A DNA stretch of 64,000 nucleotides from a phage. Positions 63,984 through 64,000 of this stretch are shown piece by piece. Where the stretch lies: NCBI GenBank assembly GCA_012401045.1, contig GCA_012401045.1_4704.2. One strand, given 5' to 3'. The position numbers and the translations under genes are program-made. How positions within the stretch are numbered: position 1 is the first letter of the stretch; each line of letters opens with the position of its first letter. Under the pieces are notes generated by a model. The model was not told the DNA's origin. It made no database searches and worked only from the letters and a program-made list of their open reading frames with translations.

Positions 63984-64000
63984 GTTAGTTCCTTAACCTT

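Noticed and set aside
1-64000. CRISPR array, integrase/transposase, reverse transcriptase, multisubunit RNA polymerase subunits, terminase large subunit
   Set aside because: No regularly spaced direct repeats; no recombinase, YxDD, NADFDGD or terminase-type Walker A signatures seen in any long ORF in this window; they may be encoded elsewhere in the genome.

Overview
This 64 kb window reads as a densely packed segment of a large virulent dsDNA phage genome, with about 57 protein-coding genes, roughly 48 of them on the minus strand, no rRNA, tRNA, CRISPR array, integrase or transposase. Codon usage in the most biased genes is enterobacterial-like, so the host is probably an enterobacterium. 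A 740-aa capsid-sized abundant protein, an acidic-tailed portal candidate, several paralogous virion-protein families and a TATATTAC-containing promoter motif are compatible with a phiKZ-like jumbo phage, but that placement is an inference from memory. Confidently recognisable products are thymidylate kinase, a RuvC-like resolvase, a Rad50/SbcC-like ATPase with a CPKC zinc hook, a GH108-type endolysin and two tail fibres with NPHxVTKAQVGLGNV repeats, one ending in an S74-type autoproteolytic chaperone domain. Most other genes are hypothetical. The non-coding signals are the most distinctive part: a roughly 30-nt GC-rich hairpin with a conserved AACCC-GTAA-GGGAA core in nine intergenic copies, a conserved 24-bp promoter-like motif in four copies upstream of minus-strand genes, and an 820-bp AT-rich gene-free region with iteron-like repeats and nested palindromes. 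I could not identify a single self-evident novel system; the best candidates are listed as findings. Everything is from reading the sequence and ORF track by eye: no searches were run, family assignments rest on remembered motifs, and hand-placed motif coordinates may be off by 1-2 nt. Several ORF-track starts are GTG/TTG or lack a ribosome-binding site; where an in-frame ATG with a good Shine-Dalgarno (SD) sequence exists I used it.
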